From Octopus vulgaris (lineage: Eukaryota): a stretch of DNA of 64,000 nucleotides. The stretch covers positions 14,446,001-14,510,000 of the forward strand of contig OX597814.1 in the NCBI GenBank assembly GCA_951406725.2. The letters run 5' to 3'. The notes under the pieces were generated by a model that saw only the letters and a list, made by a program, of their open reading frames with translations, was not told the DNA's origin and did no database searches. A program made the translations under genes and the position numbers. This document shows, in pieces, positions 13,607-24,869 of this stretch (position 1 is the stretch's first letter; every line of letters begins with the position of its first letter).

Positions 13607-13850
13607 GGCACGTGGCTAAGTGGTTAGGGTGTCAACATCATGATCGTAAGATTGTGGTTTCGATTCCTGGACCGGGCGACGCGTTGTGTTCTTGAGCAAA
13701 ACACTTCATTTCACGTTGCTCCAGACCACTAAGCTAGCAAAAATGAGTAACGCTGCGATGGAATGGCGTCCCTTCAAGCTGGGTAACACATACGCCATTA
13801 AAACTGGGAAACCAGGCCCATGAGCCTGGCTAGACTTTAAAAGGGCGCAA
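13607..13850 (+). mobile_element. tRNA-derived SINE with V-domain-like core
   Basis: TGGCTAAGTGG A-box, GTTTCGATTCC B-box, TTGTGTTCTTGAGCAAAACACTT core. Confidence 0.75.
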
Positions 13851-13934
13851 AAAAGAATTGGTAAAGAATCCCTTCGGTTATAAATTATCACGAGATTGCA
13901 CCTAGAAAGCACAATTCCGGGCGAGGTTGTTTAT

Positions 13935-14175
13935 GGAAGACCAGCAGTCACCCATGCATACCCGCAACCCCTCTCCACATCACCGAGGTTATCCAAGGGA
14001 AAGGCAAAGGTGGATGCCGCTTGGCACCAGTGATGTTGATACTCGTTTCTAGAACAGAGTGAACTGAAGCAACGACAAAAAATATCTTGCCGAAGAACAT
14101 TCACAGCCCGGTCCGGGAATTGCATTCACTACCTCATGATTCTGAGCCCGACGCTCTAACCACTGGGCCATGCCG
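13935..14175 (-). mobile_element. tRNA-derived SINE, diverged
   Basis: Minus-strand head GGCATGGCCCAGTGGTTAGAGCGTCGGGCTC. Confidence 0.65.
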
Positions 14176-15194
14176 CATATATATGTGCATGTGCGTGTGT
14201 GCGTGTGCGTGCGTGTTGTTACACAAGATTCGGGTTAAAACCTAGTAGTATGCTATGCAAAGCTCTTCCACAGTTATTGGCTACCTGACGTCATCATAAA
14301 GTGAAAATGCACTTGCTACTGGATATTATACATCAGGAATTCCATAATATCCATGTGTATACAAGGAGATAATGATAAAAACCTGAGTGAACGGTATTCT
14401 TCCATTAAACACTGTACAATGGTTTCTACACACATTTTCAGCCACAGTACATTGGCGAGATGTTGTGTACATCATTATCATTCATCCGAAGTGTAAAATG
14501 CACTTCCTCCAATGATTATTTAAATAAGTTCTTCGTTGGTTCCATCTGTCATTTCAGTGAATTCTAGAAAATTGTCGTGCCTTTAAAGAAAAGGTAATTT
14601 GATTCCGTCTGTGTAGGACGACAGCTTTGGTTACAGGTCTCTACTTCAACAGGTATCATTGACGCAGATCTTGTCCTACCTTCTCTTCAGACGCCACGAC
14701 TTACACATAAACGAACAGGAGTAGAACACATATATGTCTTCAGCAATTGTTGCATAAATGTAATGAAAACAATCCACTTACTTAAGACATAAATCTGTTA
14801 TGCTTCTGCTTGCATATGTCTATCTGCCTCGTCTGTACTCCTGATGATAGTACTTGTTCACAGCTGTTCTCTTATCTTTAAACGATGAGACAGTCATTTG
14901 TTTTTTTTTCTCTGTCTTTTTTTTTTCGTTTAATCTTTTCTGCAGGCATATCAGTTGTGGAGAATTTTCAACCCTTGAGATTATCTCGTTTTCATATTTG
15001 GTCTTATCTTCCTCTAGAGAAGCGGATATATTATTAATGAGTCAAGAGTCTATTTCATTATTTGAACTAATCTAATTTGCGTTGTTGTTCAAATATATAC
15101 CATTTGTCATTCAGTTATTTCTCTTCTGTCATTTTCATATTACACACATATATACAAACTCACGCACACACACAAACACACACACATTCATATA

Positions 15195-15530
15195 TATTAT
15201 AGTAAGATGAATAAACACAAATACAATGGATACAAATTAATTTATTAATTGGTTAACATATTCACCTACAATTGTTTCATTTCACAAACAAAATTAAAAT
15301 TACAAAACATATATCAATATATAATTTCATATTTTAAACACCTTGTATGGAAAAGCATTAGGGTTTTCCTTACAAGATATTTAAAACGCAAAATTATATA
15401 TTTATATATGTTTTGGAATTCTAATCTGGTTTGTAAAATGAAAATATTTTAAGTGAGTATGATAATTAGTTAATAAATTTGTATCCATTAGATCTCTTTA
15501 TTTTCTAACTCGATAATATCTGATATTTAA
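15195..15530 (-). mobile_element. Hairpin-ended element with a decayed HHR, next to (TA)n
   Basis: Inverted arms 15225-15265 / 15453-15489. Minus strand GAAA-CAATTG-TA half site. The CUGANGA core is degraded. Confidence 0.45.
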
Positions 15531-15556
15531 CGATATATATATATATATATATATAT

Positions 15557-15765
15557 CGCCATGTTGATTCGTTAGCTACTGCACGCATTTTTGTTCTCTC
15601 CTTCTTTCTGTGTTTTTCTCTCTCTGTGTATCTTTCTGTTGAAGAGCGTAGGCTCGAAACGTTAAAGACTTGTTTTATTTATATTTCCTGAGCGCCATAC
15701 TAATACAATTGTTCGTTTGTTTTCCACCTGCCTTCGTCTTTTGTTTATTTTCATAAAGCTTCCCG

Positions 15766-15767
<2 letters not shown>
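15557..15767 (+). mobile_element. Short HHR-bearing PLE-type element embedded in (TA)n
   Basis: Near copy of 17700-17907. Flanked on both sides by (TA)n. Confidence 0.8.
15631..15668 (+). ncRNA. Minimal type I hammerhead motif (core CTGTTGA)
   Basis: TCTTT-CTGTTGA-A-GAGC(gtag)GCTC-GAAA-CG-TT-AAAGA. Confidence 0.65.
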
Positions 15768-15817
<50 letters not shown>

Positions 15818-17340
15818 TATTTATCTCTTTATCTTTTATCGTTTACTAATAGATAGATAGATAGATAGATATAGAAATACATACATACATTCATACATGC
15901 TTATATGCATACTTACAAGCATACATACATGCCTACAAGCATGCGAGCCACCAGGATATATACTGCTCGAGTTAGAGAAAGCTGTTGTACGATTCTACAC
16001 ACCAGCATCTATTTGGTGTTTTGACCATTCGCTTTTCTGTCCACTCTACGACTGCCGGTTCGGCACGCTGAGCCGTAGTTTTCTAAATGGAGATTGAACT
16101 CGGTATGCAATCAATCAGATAGCTACTCTGAAAGAGGTTTACGTCCAATATTCTAAATCCGCCAATCCACTACGGTGTTATTAATCCGAGGCTTGTGTGC
16201 TTATGTGTAATCAAGTTAGGTTCTTTTATTTGAGGACGCTTGAGTGAAGCATTAGAAAATATCAATTTGAATAAAATAAGAAAGCCGTTACAATGCATGT
16301 TCTATTATTATATTTTATTAAGATCCTTTATTTAACTCAAGTTTGACGTAATAAGTTTTATACTATTAATCCAAAAAGAAAGTGGGTGTTTTTACATCAG
16401 AGTTGAATTAATTTGATCCTGGTTGAAATAAATAGTGTGCAAGACATGAATGACTTTTTTAACTACATTTCTCCATTAAATTCTGTTCTCCTCCATTGCT
16501 AAATGTCGTGAAGGCACTTCCCTAGTGAATGAAATCTCTTCTCTAATGTTCTCTGAATATAGCGTTAGTAGTAAAAGTGAGTCGACTATTAGATTGAAGA
16601 ATTCCATTAGCTTCATGTATTTGCCGCCTTTTTTGTTTGTTTGCTTTAGTACCTGTATCTACGTGTTCAGATGCAAGTAATATCACAGGGATATATGTGA
16701 GTGGAGTATATATATATTCTGAAAGCGCTGCATGTAACACTTCAGAGTCATGGACATGTGAAATAACTTACCTTCGATCCCATTTGGGAGTGATGGTCAC
16801 CTGGTGTTTTGACATACTTGTCTATTGTCAACATCACGTACCCGCCAAGGTTGAAAGCAGGTCACCTAGCCAATCAACGACTTATATGCTCATGATTTGT
16901 AAAATTATGAGCTGGTATGCCCAGAAAGTGCGTAAATGAAAGAAAATTTACATATGAAACTAGAAATATTCCACCACGCTAGTGCAGCCACCGGAAAATA
17001 AAGATTATGTGTATGTAGTTAATAATATTTATTACACTAGAGCTGCTTTTATTTCACAGACAGGCAGGTAGGTACTCGGCATCTAAGTGAGGCTGTCCTC
17101 GCATGTATCCCTGTGATATTACTTTCATCTGATCGCATAGATATAGGTACTAGAACTAAAAAAATAAGCCGGACACACATACAGAGCTAGTAGAATATCT
17201 ACTTGCAATAGTCGATTGTATATGTGTGTGTTTGTGTTTGTGTGTGTTTGTGTGTACGTGTGTGCGTTTATACAAAATTCAAGTAAGTTGTCAATATCTT
17301 TAAAAAAAATGATTATATAATATAACCAAAATAGGCAAAA

Positions 17341-17910
17341 CATATATTATTAAAAGCCAGGGTGCATTACGTACTTACTTGCTAGAAAGCGGAATTAAAA
17401 TTCTTCAAAAACCACGCATCTCCCACTATACGTAAACAGGCAAGGAGAATATAGCAAAAATACTAAAAAAAACAAAAACAAAACAGTTGTCCCCATTTGT
17501 AAAACGACAAAGAAGAGAGTGGATATCTCAGTAACAAATAATCTCGCTTTCCGTTGTTTTACAAATGACGAGATTGCTTTTTAGTGTATTTCGTACATCC
17601 TCCGTGTGTGTTTACGTAGTGAGAGATGCGTGGCTTTGGAGAGATTTAACTCTTCTTGCTAGCAAAAAGGTGCATATTGTACCCTGACCTTTAACATATG
17701 CCATGTTGAATCGCTAGCTTCTGCACGCATTTTTTCTCTCCTTGTTTCTCTCCGTGTTTCTTTTCTGTGTATCTTTCTGGTGAAGAGCGTAGGCTCGAAA
17801 CGTAAAAGACTTGTTTTATTTATATTCCTGAGCGCCATACTAATACAATTGTTTGTTTGTACTCCACCTGCCTTCGTCTTTTGTTTATTTTCATAAAGCT
17901 TCCCGTTATA
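17341..17910 (+). mobile_element. HHR-bearing PLE-type element with a ~170-bp inverted 5' duplication
   Basis: Segment 17341-17519 is the diverged reverse complement of 17543-17700. It continues into a copy of the 15557-15767 unit and ends in (TA)n. Confidence 0.8.
17772..17809 (+). ncRNA. Minimal type I hammerhead motif (core CTGGTGA)
   Basis: TCTTT-CTGGTGA-A-GAGC(gtag)GCTC-GAAA-CG-TA-AAAGA. Confidence 0.65.
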
Positions 17911-18842
17911 TATATATGAATGTATATCCGGGGTTTGATTTCAAAGTGCAACCGGTAGCAGGGATCTCATGCAGGGGTTCCAGGATTTTACGGAACGTGA
18001 AACAACATCTTAGCCACTGTTGTTGCGAGATCTACTCTGACCCAAAGGAGGAGTACCTGTAGGGGCCCCAGCTGTGAATTAATTAGCATATGTGTGACGA
18101 CTGGTAAAAAACGCTCGGTTTGGTGTCGATGGTGCAGCAACGCTATTCGGAGTGTGGTGGGATCTCCTCTCTTTGTTAATGCATCCCTCTCGGAGAAAGC
18201 CAACTGGTATATAGAAATCTGTCGCTCTCCTGCGCTGAGGATCTTGCAATTTGCTGATCCCTGTATTGCTAGTGGTTATAGTGCTGTGCAAGCTACACTC
18301 AACTTATAACGCTATTTCACGGGCGTAGCAAACATTTACCTGTCAGTAGTAGTTATACTCGACTGACGAGTAGAGAGTTATCATGTATGTATGTGTGTAC
18401 GTACGCATGCATGCATGCATGAATGTATATACATATGTGTGTTTTTGTGTGTATGTATGTATGTGATACTCGAAGCTGTTTCAATGCAACACCACACCTT
18501 GTCCTTTCCTCGGATACCCTGTGTTTGCACAGATGTATATTGGGATGCCTAAAATGGCAATAAAACCTCAAACTACTACATTTTTATTTATGACATTATT
18601 CTTCCGTGAAGGCCTTACTTCATATTATGTAGGTAGTTCAATAAATATTCTATTATTTCTATTTTCATTGGTATCTCGTATCATATTTTACTAGTGATGA
18701 ATGCATTATGTTTTTGTACATGGATGCATATATTAGTACTGTGGAAAGGGGCAGTGTGTCTGTGGATTTATTACTAAAATGCTATTAGTTCTTATGGTGT
18801 TGTGCATCCATATATGCTAATGTGCATGCATATCTGTACATC

Positions 18843-18932
<90 letters not shown>

Positions 18933-19551
18933 CTTATACATATGTATGTATGCGAATGTATAAACTATGTACGTATGTATATTTATGTATATATATATAT
19001 GTGTGAGTGTGTGTAATATTATTCTTATTCTTGTTACTGTTTTTGTTGTTGTAGTTGTTATTATTGTAATTGTCGTTATTATTTTTTTCTTATTAATATC
19101 TTACTCCTTTGTTATGAGCAGAAACGGCTTATGATAATGTTTTTATTACTGCTTATGTGATTATATGATTTCATTTGTGGTATTGCCAAGATCAGATTGT
19201 AACCATCTTCATGTCTATTTGTCTATGCGTCTGTGAACGTGCATGTGTGCGTGCTTATACGCATATTAACTAATCTGTCCAATCATTTATGAATACACAT
19301 ATATAAAGTTGTAAATTCTCCATATATACACTCGCCTACGTTGCGATATACACATCGACACATGTCACAATGCGCATAGTTGCTCACACGATTACTTATG
19401 TGCATGAATATATATTCACTGTGATATACATATACTGCGCACACCTCTCGTTATTTCGCGTGTATAGTATAATATTGTATCAAGTCACATTGTCTCATGT
19501 TCTGGTTCTTGGTTTAATGTAATATTTCATGATTAAATAATCATCATAATC

Positions 19552-19597
<46 letters not shown>

Positions 19598-19599
<2 letters not shown>

Positions 19600-20130
19600 G
19601 CCCTGATGCAGTACCAGGCTGTCGCTATCATGGCTGCTGATCTTAACTGTTTGGAAGTGTTATCATGTACATTGTTTTTGTCATAAAAGATGGGCTACAG
19701 CAAATATTCTGCTCAATACCACAGATTTGTTTGTCAGGTGTTTGACCATAACCAGTTGAGGCATGTCACTTAGTGGCTGATGATATGTGCATCTCTGATC
19801 ATGAGTAGAAGTAGTGGGGGAGCATCATAGCCATGTGTCGAGAGGGATTCTTTGGGGTTTGAATAATTCACCTCTGAAGACATGGGTGGGGGAGCATGAT
19901 AGCCGTGTGTTAAAAGGAATTATTAGAGGTTTGGATAATTCCTCTTTGGAAACATGGGTGTTTCGTTCAACATCCTTAAACAGCCCTTATTCAGGGTCCT
20001 TTTGAGCAGGATGGGTTACTCGACCAGAAGAAAATTCTAACTAGGCCCCACCTGCAAGGTCATGTGCTGTTTATCTTCATATGAAATCACCATGTCACGC
20101 ACATATGGTTTTTCTGAGACATGTTTATCA
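19598..20130. mobile_element. ~500-bp interspersed repeat inserted in (AAT/AAC)n
   Basis: Reverse-complement homolog of 63290-63783. Carries an internal ~71-bp tandem duplication at 19815-19957. Confidence 0.8.
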
Positions 20131-20397
20131 TGACAAAAACAGCAAGAGCAACAACAACAGCAAGAATAATAGGCTCGAGAATTAGACGGAATGCAACACC
20201 AAAATATAACGGTTATAATTTTTACCGAAATAGACACGAAATCAGTAAGTTGGAATGGGGACGGATTATTCGATAATGTTAATTATTTATTGATAATAAT
20301 AGCAATACTATTTTGTCAGAAATGTAAAAGTGACGTAAAAATGCCTCTGCAGCATTTGATTCGTCTCTTTATTTTCTGAATTATAATCACACTATCA

Positions 20398-20559
20398 GGA
20401 GTGGCTGTGTGGTAAGTAGCTTGCTTACCAACCACATGGTTCCGGGTTCAGTCCCACTGCGTGGCACCTTGGGAAAGTGTCTTCTATTATAGCCTCGGGC
20501 CGACCAAAGCCTTGTGAGTGGATTTGGTAAACGGAAACTGAAAGAAGCTCGTCGTATAT

Positions 20560-20614
<55 letters not shown>

Positions 20615-20838
20615 CGTGTATGTTTGTGTGTCTGTGTTTGTCCCCCTAGCATTGCTTGACAACCGATGCTGGTGTGTTTACGTCCCCGTCATCTTAGGAG
20701 TTCGGCAAAAGAGACCGATGGAATAAGTACTGGGCTTACAAAGAATAAGTCCCGGGTTCGAGTTGCTCAATTAAAGGCGGTGCTCCAGCATCGCCGCTGC
20801 CAAATGACTGAAACAAGTAAAATAGTAAAAAGAGTAAA
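20398..20838 (+). mobile_element. tRNA-derived SINE family B, full length
   Basis: Head GGAGTGGCTGTGTGGTAAGTAGCTTGC, B-box GGTTCAGTCCC, CCTTGGG.AAGTG core, internal (TA)n(TG)n, tail of GTAAAA repeats. Confidence 0.9.
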
Positions 20839-20944
20839 AGTGTATCAATTTGTAATTTGTCCTTCCGAAATCGATAAAAAATGCACCAATCCAATATTGT
20901 GGTCGGTATAATTATATCCTCCCTTTTCTATAACTTTCTCTCTT

Positions 20945-21845
20945 TGATGGCTGTTAGTGGAACAGAAGGATTTGTGGTTTTCAGTTATAGGTTTTTACCT
21001 TCTGTATTCAAATTCCACCGATTTAACTTGATCGCCCTTTCGGGGTCGATGAAATGAAACACCAGTCAGGTACTGGTATTGATCGCATTGACCTCTCCTT
21101 TCAATTTTGCTGGTCACCTGCCTAAATTAGAAATGATAATTACAAACGTGGAAATAGCAGAATCGTTTGTACCCCAGAATAAAATATTGCAGACATTCTT
21201 GTTACAAAATCTGATAGAGATCAACTTCGCTTAGTATCTCTTCTGGGTCGAAAAAAATAAAGTACTAATGAGGCGTTGGGATCGAAGATGTCGGTGTACC
21301 ATGCTCCTCTCAACATTATCGGTCTTCTGTCAGACACAAAGAAGGGAGGGATCTGGAAGCAACATCGAAACAAATGACATCGATTCTACCTTTGCAACTT
21401 ATTCCTTCGATGTCAGTAAAAGAAATTACCAATCAAGTATTTGGGAAGATTTAATCGACTAACCCTCTCACACAACTTCAAAAGTTTGTTCCTATGTTAT
21501 AAATAATATAGGGTCTGTGCTTGTAGAATCTTTAGAGTATTTGAGAAATGTCTTTTTGGAACTTCATTTGGCTCTTTACGTTCTCAGTTCAAATTCCGCA
21601 GAAGTCGAATTTGCCTTTCGTGGTCGACAAAATAAGTACCAGCACAACAATGGGACCGATGTAATGAAATAGATACCCCAGCACACAAACTTCAAGCTTT
21701 GTTCATTCTATGGAAAAATATTATTATACGCCAGCGAGCTGATAGAATTATTAGCACGTCAGACAAAATGCTTAGTGCTATTTCTTCCAACTTATTGCTT
21801 TCAAAATCCGCTGAGGTCGTCTTTTGCCGTTCATCCTTCCCTGTT
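20945..21845 (+). mobile_element. Cluster of ~4-5 decayed SINE family A copies in the same orientation
   Basis: Repeated degenerate AGAATCGTTAG / TTCAAATTCCGC / GGGGTCGA...AAGTACCAG motifs. Confidence 0.7.
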
Positions 21846-22275
21846 TTTTAAGCGAATTAGCTAATTGAAACAAAGCGTCCTATGGGTATGTACATTACTA
21901 GAAATAATGGATATATTGTTGGCTTCATATTTTTCTTCTTTTTTTTTTTGTCTCTGAAATATCACAATTTTTTGAAGCGTAACGTACTCATCTCCAACAA
22001 GGTAGACTAAGCCATTTGAGATTTATTTGATATCTGCACGCCGTTACAAATGTTGTAAGTACTGCTGTCAAGTTTTGGGTTTGATTGCTAGTAGGGCCTA
22101 ATAGATCGTTGGACGAAAGTCAGTAAGCTGTATTTCTGGAGAGTAAAAGCTGAGTGAATTTTTTCAACTGAGTGAATATGACAGGTGAAACGTAATAGGG
22201 ATGATCTGGTACTGAGAGAAATGTCATCCTAGGTGAAAGGATATGTAACTCACTAGCTCAACAGTATATGATCTA

Positions 22276-23476
22276 TCAGGTCATCCCATAAGTTCTATCC
22301 GATTTTACCTTTTTTAAAATTGAATGAAATTTAATAGTATTTTAGAATGTGTAATGGAATTAAAAATTACTTTTATGCATTTGTGTACATTTAAACTAAT
22401 TAAATATTATTTTATAGAATAATAGAATTAAAATTTCTTTGATTAAAACCTTTTCTAACATGGAAGTATCCAAAGAGCATTTGAGGCACATAATGCTTTT
22501 TGAGTACAAAAAACGAAACTCTGCAGCCGAAGCTACTCGAAACATGCACTCAGTTTATGGTTTATGGGAACGAGTGCTTGAATGAAACAACTTGCAGGAG
22601 ATGGTTTGCAAAATTCAGAAGTGGAGATTGTAGCCTTGAAGAGGAAGGTCGAAGAGGACGTTCAGTTGAGTTTGTTGATAAGCTCCTTAAGGCATTACTT
22701 GAAGAAAATCCTGCATTATCAGTTGAAGTAAAGTTTAGTTCAAACCATACAACTGTTCATCATCTTCAACAACTCGGAAAGGTTCCTAAAATTTGAAAAT
22801 GGGTGCCTCATGAATTGTCCGAAAGCAACCGCAAATCCCGAGTTGACATCTCTTCTCTCCATTCTTGCGAACTCATTTCACCCTTTTTGGATAGACTTGA
22901 AAGAGGTGACGAAAAATGGATCTTCCTTCGAAATGTTAAACGTTGTAAACAGTGGCTTGGTAAAAGGGAACTCAACCAAGAAGGGAACTTCATGGGGAAA
23001 AGTTTCTTCTCTCTATCTGGTGGGATATCAAAGGAGTAATTCACTTTAAATTGTGACCACCTAATGCAACAATCAATGCTCAAGCCAACAGTCAGCAGTT
23101 AGAGCGTTTGAACCAAGCTTTGAAGCAAAAAGACCCGCTTTAGTGAATAGAAAAGGAGTGATGTTTCATCAGGCCCATGCCAAAATTCCTCATCCACCTT
23201 GCTCCTTCAGACTACCATTTGTTTTGTAGTTTACAGAATTATTTGGGGGACATAACTTTCGCAAGTCAGGAGGAGTTCGAAACTGACATTTCAGAGTTCT
23301 TCGGTTTGAAACCAAAAGAGTTTTACATTGATTGGATTAAAAAGCTTGTAAAGAGATGGAATGAAGTCATAGATAATCAGCAAAAGTACATTAATGATTA
23401 AATTTCAGTTAAATATAACATTTGATCACTTGTTTTCTTTATTCAAAATTCGGACATAACTTAATGGATGACCTGA
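22276..23476 (+). mobile_element. Full-length decayed mariner transposon
   Basis: TA TSDs at 22274-75 and 23477-78. TIRs TCAGGTCATCCCATAAGTTCTATCCGA / TCGGACATAACTTAATGGATGACCTGA. Confidence 0.95.
22460..23401 (+). pseudogene. Mariner transposase, frameshifted
   Basis: RRWFAKFRSG, WVPHELS, GDEKWI and HLAPSDYHLF motifs. Confidence 0.93.
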
Positions 23477-24869
23477 TACATTAGTTACAAGAAAAAATGC
23501 AAAGAATGCAAACGAGATTTCTATAAGCTAATGGTTGAAAGTAGCTTCACGATGGTGTTGTGTGTGGAGTAGTGGCACCACAAGCTATGGAAGCAGAACA
23601 ATAATGCCTATAATTTCATGGTTCTCATAAGCGAACGATTCTGTATCTTATCAATGCTGAAACACTCCTGAATTTACAAAAAGAATTTAGGTCCGAGTGA
23701 TGCTTTTTGCGAATCATATAAATGTGTAGTGGCAATACGAAATAATAAGAGATTGTCAGGCGTAAAATTTTGATTTTTTACTCGTATGTCGGTCATGACT
23801 AGAGAGGTTGATATATAAGACTGTTTGTTTGATACATGAAATGATTGTTTTGTTGATCTGTAAAAAGAAACAACATCGTATATTCAATTAACACTGTTAC
23901 TATTGTTTAATGTATGTCCCGCGAGAGGAGATTGGGTTAAAGTGCATCGTATCTAAGAGTAGAAGGATATGGAGTGAATGTTGATATTACATGTATAGTG
24001 GATTTGTTGTTAGAAGGAACAATATGTAAGTCAATAACCTGCTTGTGATGTTAAATGAAAGATATTTCCAAACGTTTGGTGTAAATAACACTTGATATTA
24101 TATTGTCTGGTGTGCGTCACAACGGTACAATGGATAAAAGAGAAAAAAAGATTTTGATAAAATGAATCAGGTGCAAATATATGAGATATTCTATGAACTA
24201 GCTAGAAGAGATATATGCGGTGCCACGTTAAAAGCACCCAACTGACACTGTAAAGCAGTCGGCCGTTAGTTAGCAAGGACATCCACCTGCAGAAGCCCAA
24301 GCCAATTTAGAATAGAACCCAGTGCAGTTCTCCCGCTTTCTATCTCTGGTCAAACTGTCCGATCCATACCAACATAGAAAACGAACATTCAATACAACAG
24401 CATTCTCGGAAGCGGTGATATAAGTTACCCACCGGCATATATTACTGTAAGGTAATCATCATTGTCGACAGTGAAGAGGTGATGAAGTGATTCAAAGGGT
24501 GAATAAGAGGAAAACAGAAAAAAAAATCATTTCATATTTTCATGGTACGATATACATACGCACACAAGCACACACACATACACAAACACACATGCACACA
24601 CAAACACACACACTCAATGTATAGGGTCCCAATTTTGGTAAATGTTTCCTTGATTTCTGAAAACTGATAAGCAAAATAAAACAATAAATGTGTGTGCAAG
24701 TGTGTCTGTGTATGCGTGTGTACGTATGAGTGTCAGTGGGTGCGTGCGTGCGTGCGTGCGTGCGTGTGCGTGTGTGTGTTTGAGTTGAGTGATGACATCT
24801 GGTAACGGAAAAAAGTTTGGATGAGATTTACACAGCATCTTACAAGGTGTTTACTTGAAGTGACTTTTT

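Noticed and set aside
14900-15060. Polypyrimidine tract + CAG as a host exon acceptor
   Set aside because: No convincing donor site, recognisable peptide or partner exons.
17920-18350. GC-richer segment with short ORFs on both strands
   Set aside because: No recognisable domain. Possibly a TE fragment, but I cannot assign it.
19711-19790. Permuted-HHR-like layout GCTCAA-TA-CCAC...TTGAG...GTGG-CTGATGA
   Set aside because: GAAA is absent (CCAG instead), stem I is only 4 bp, and the second copy lacks the CTGATGA segment. Worth only a consensus check.
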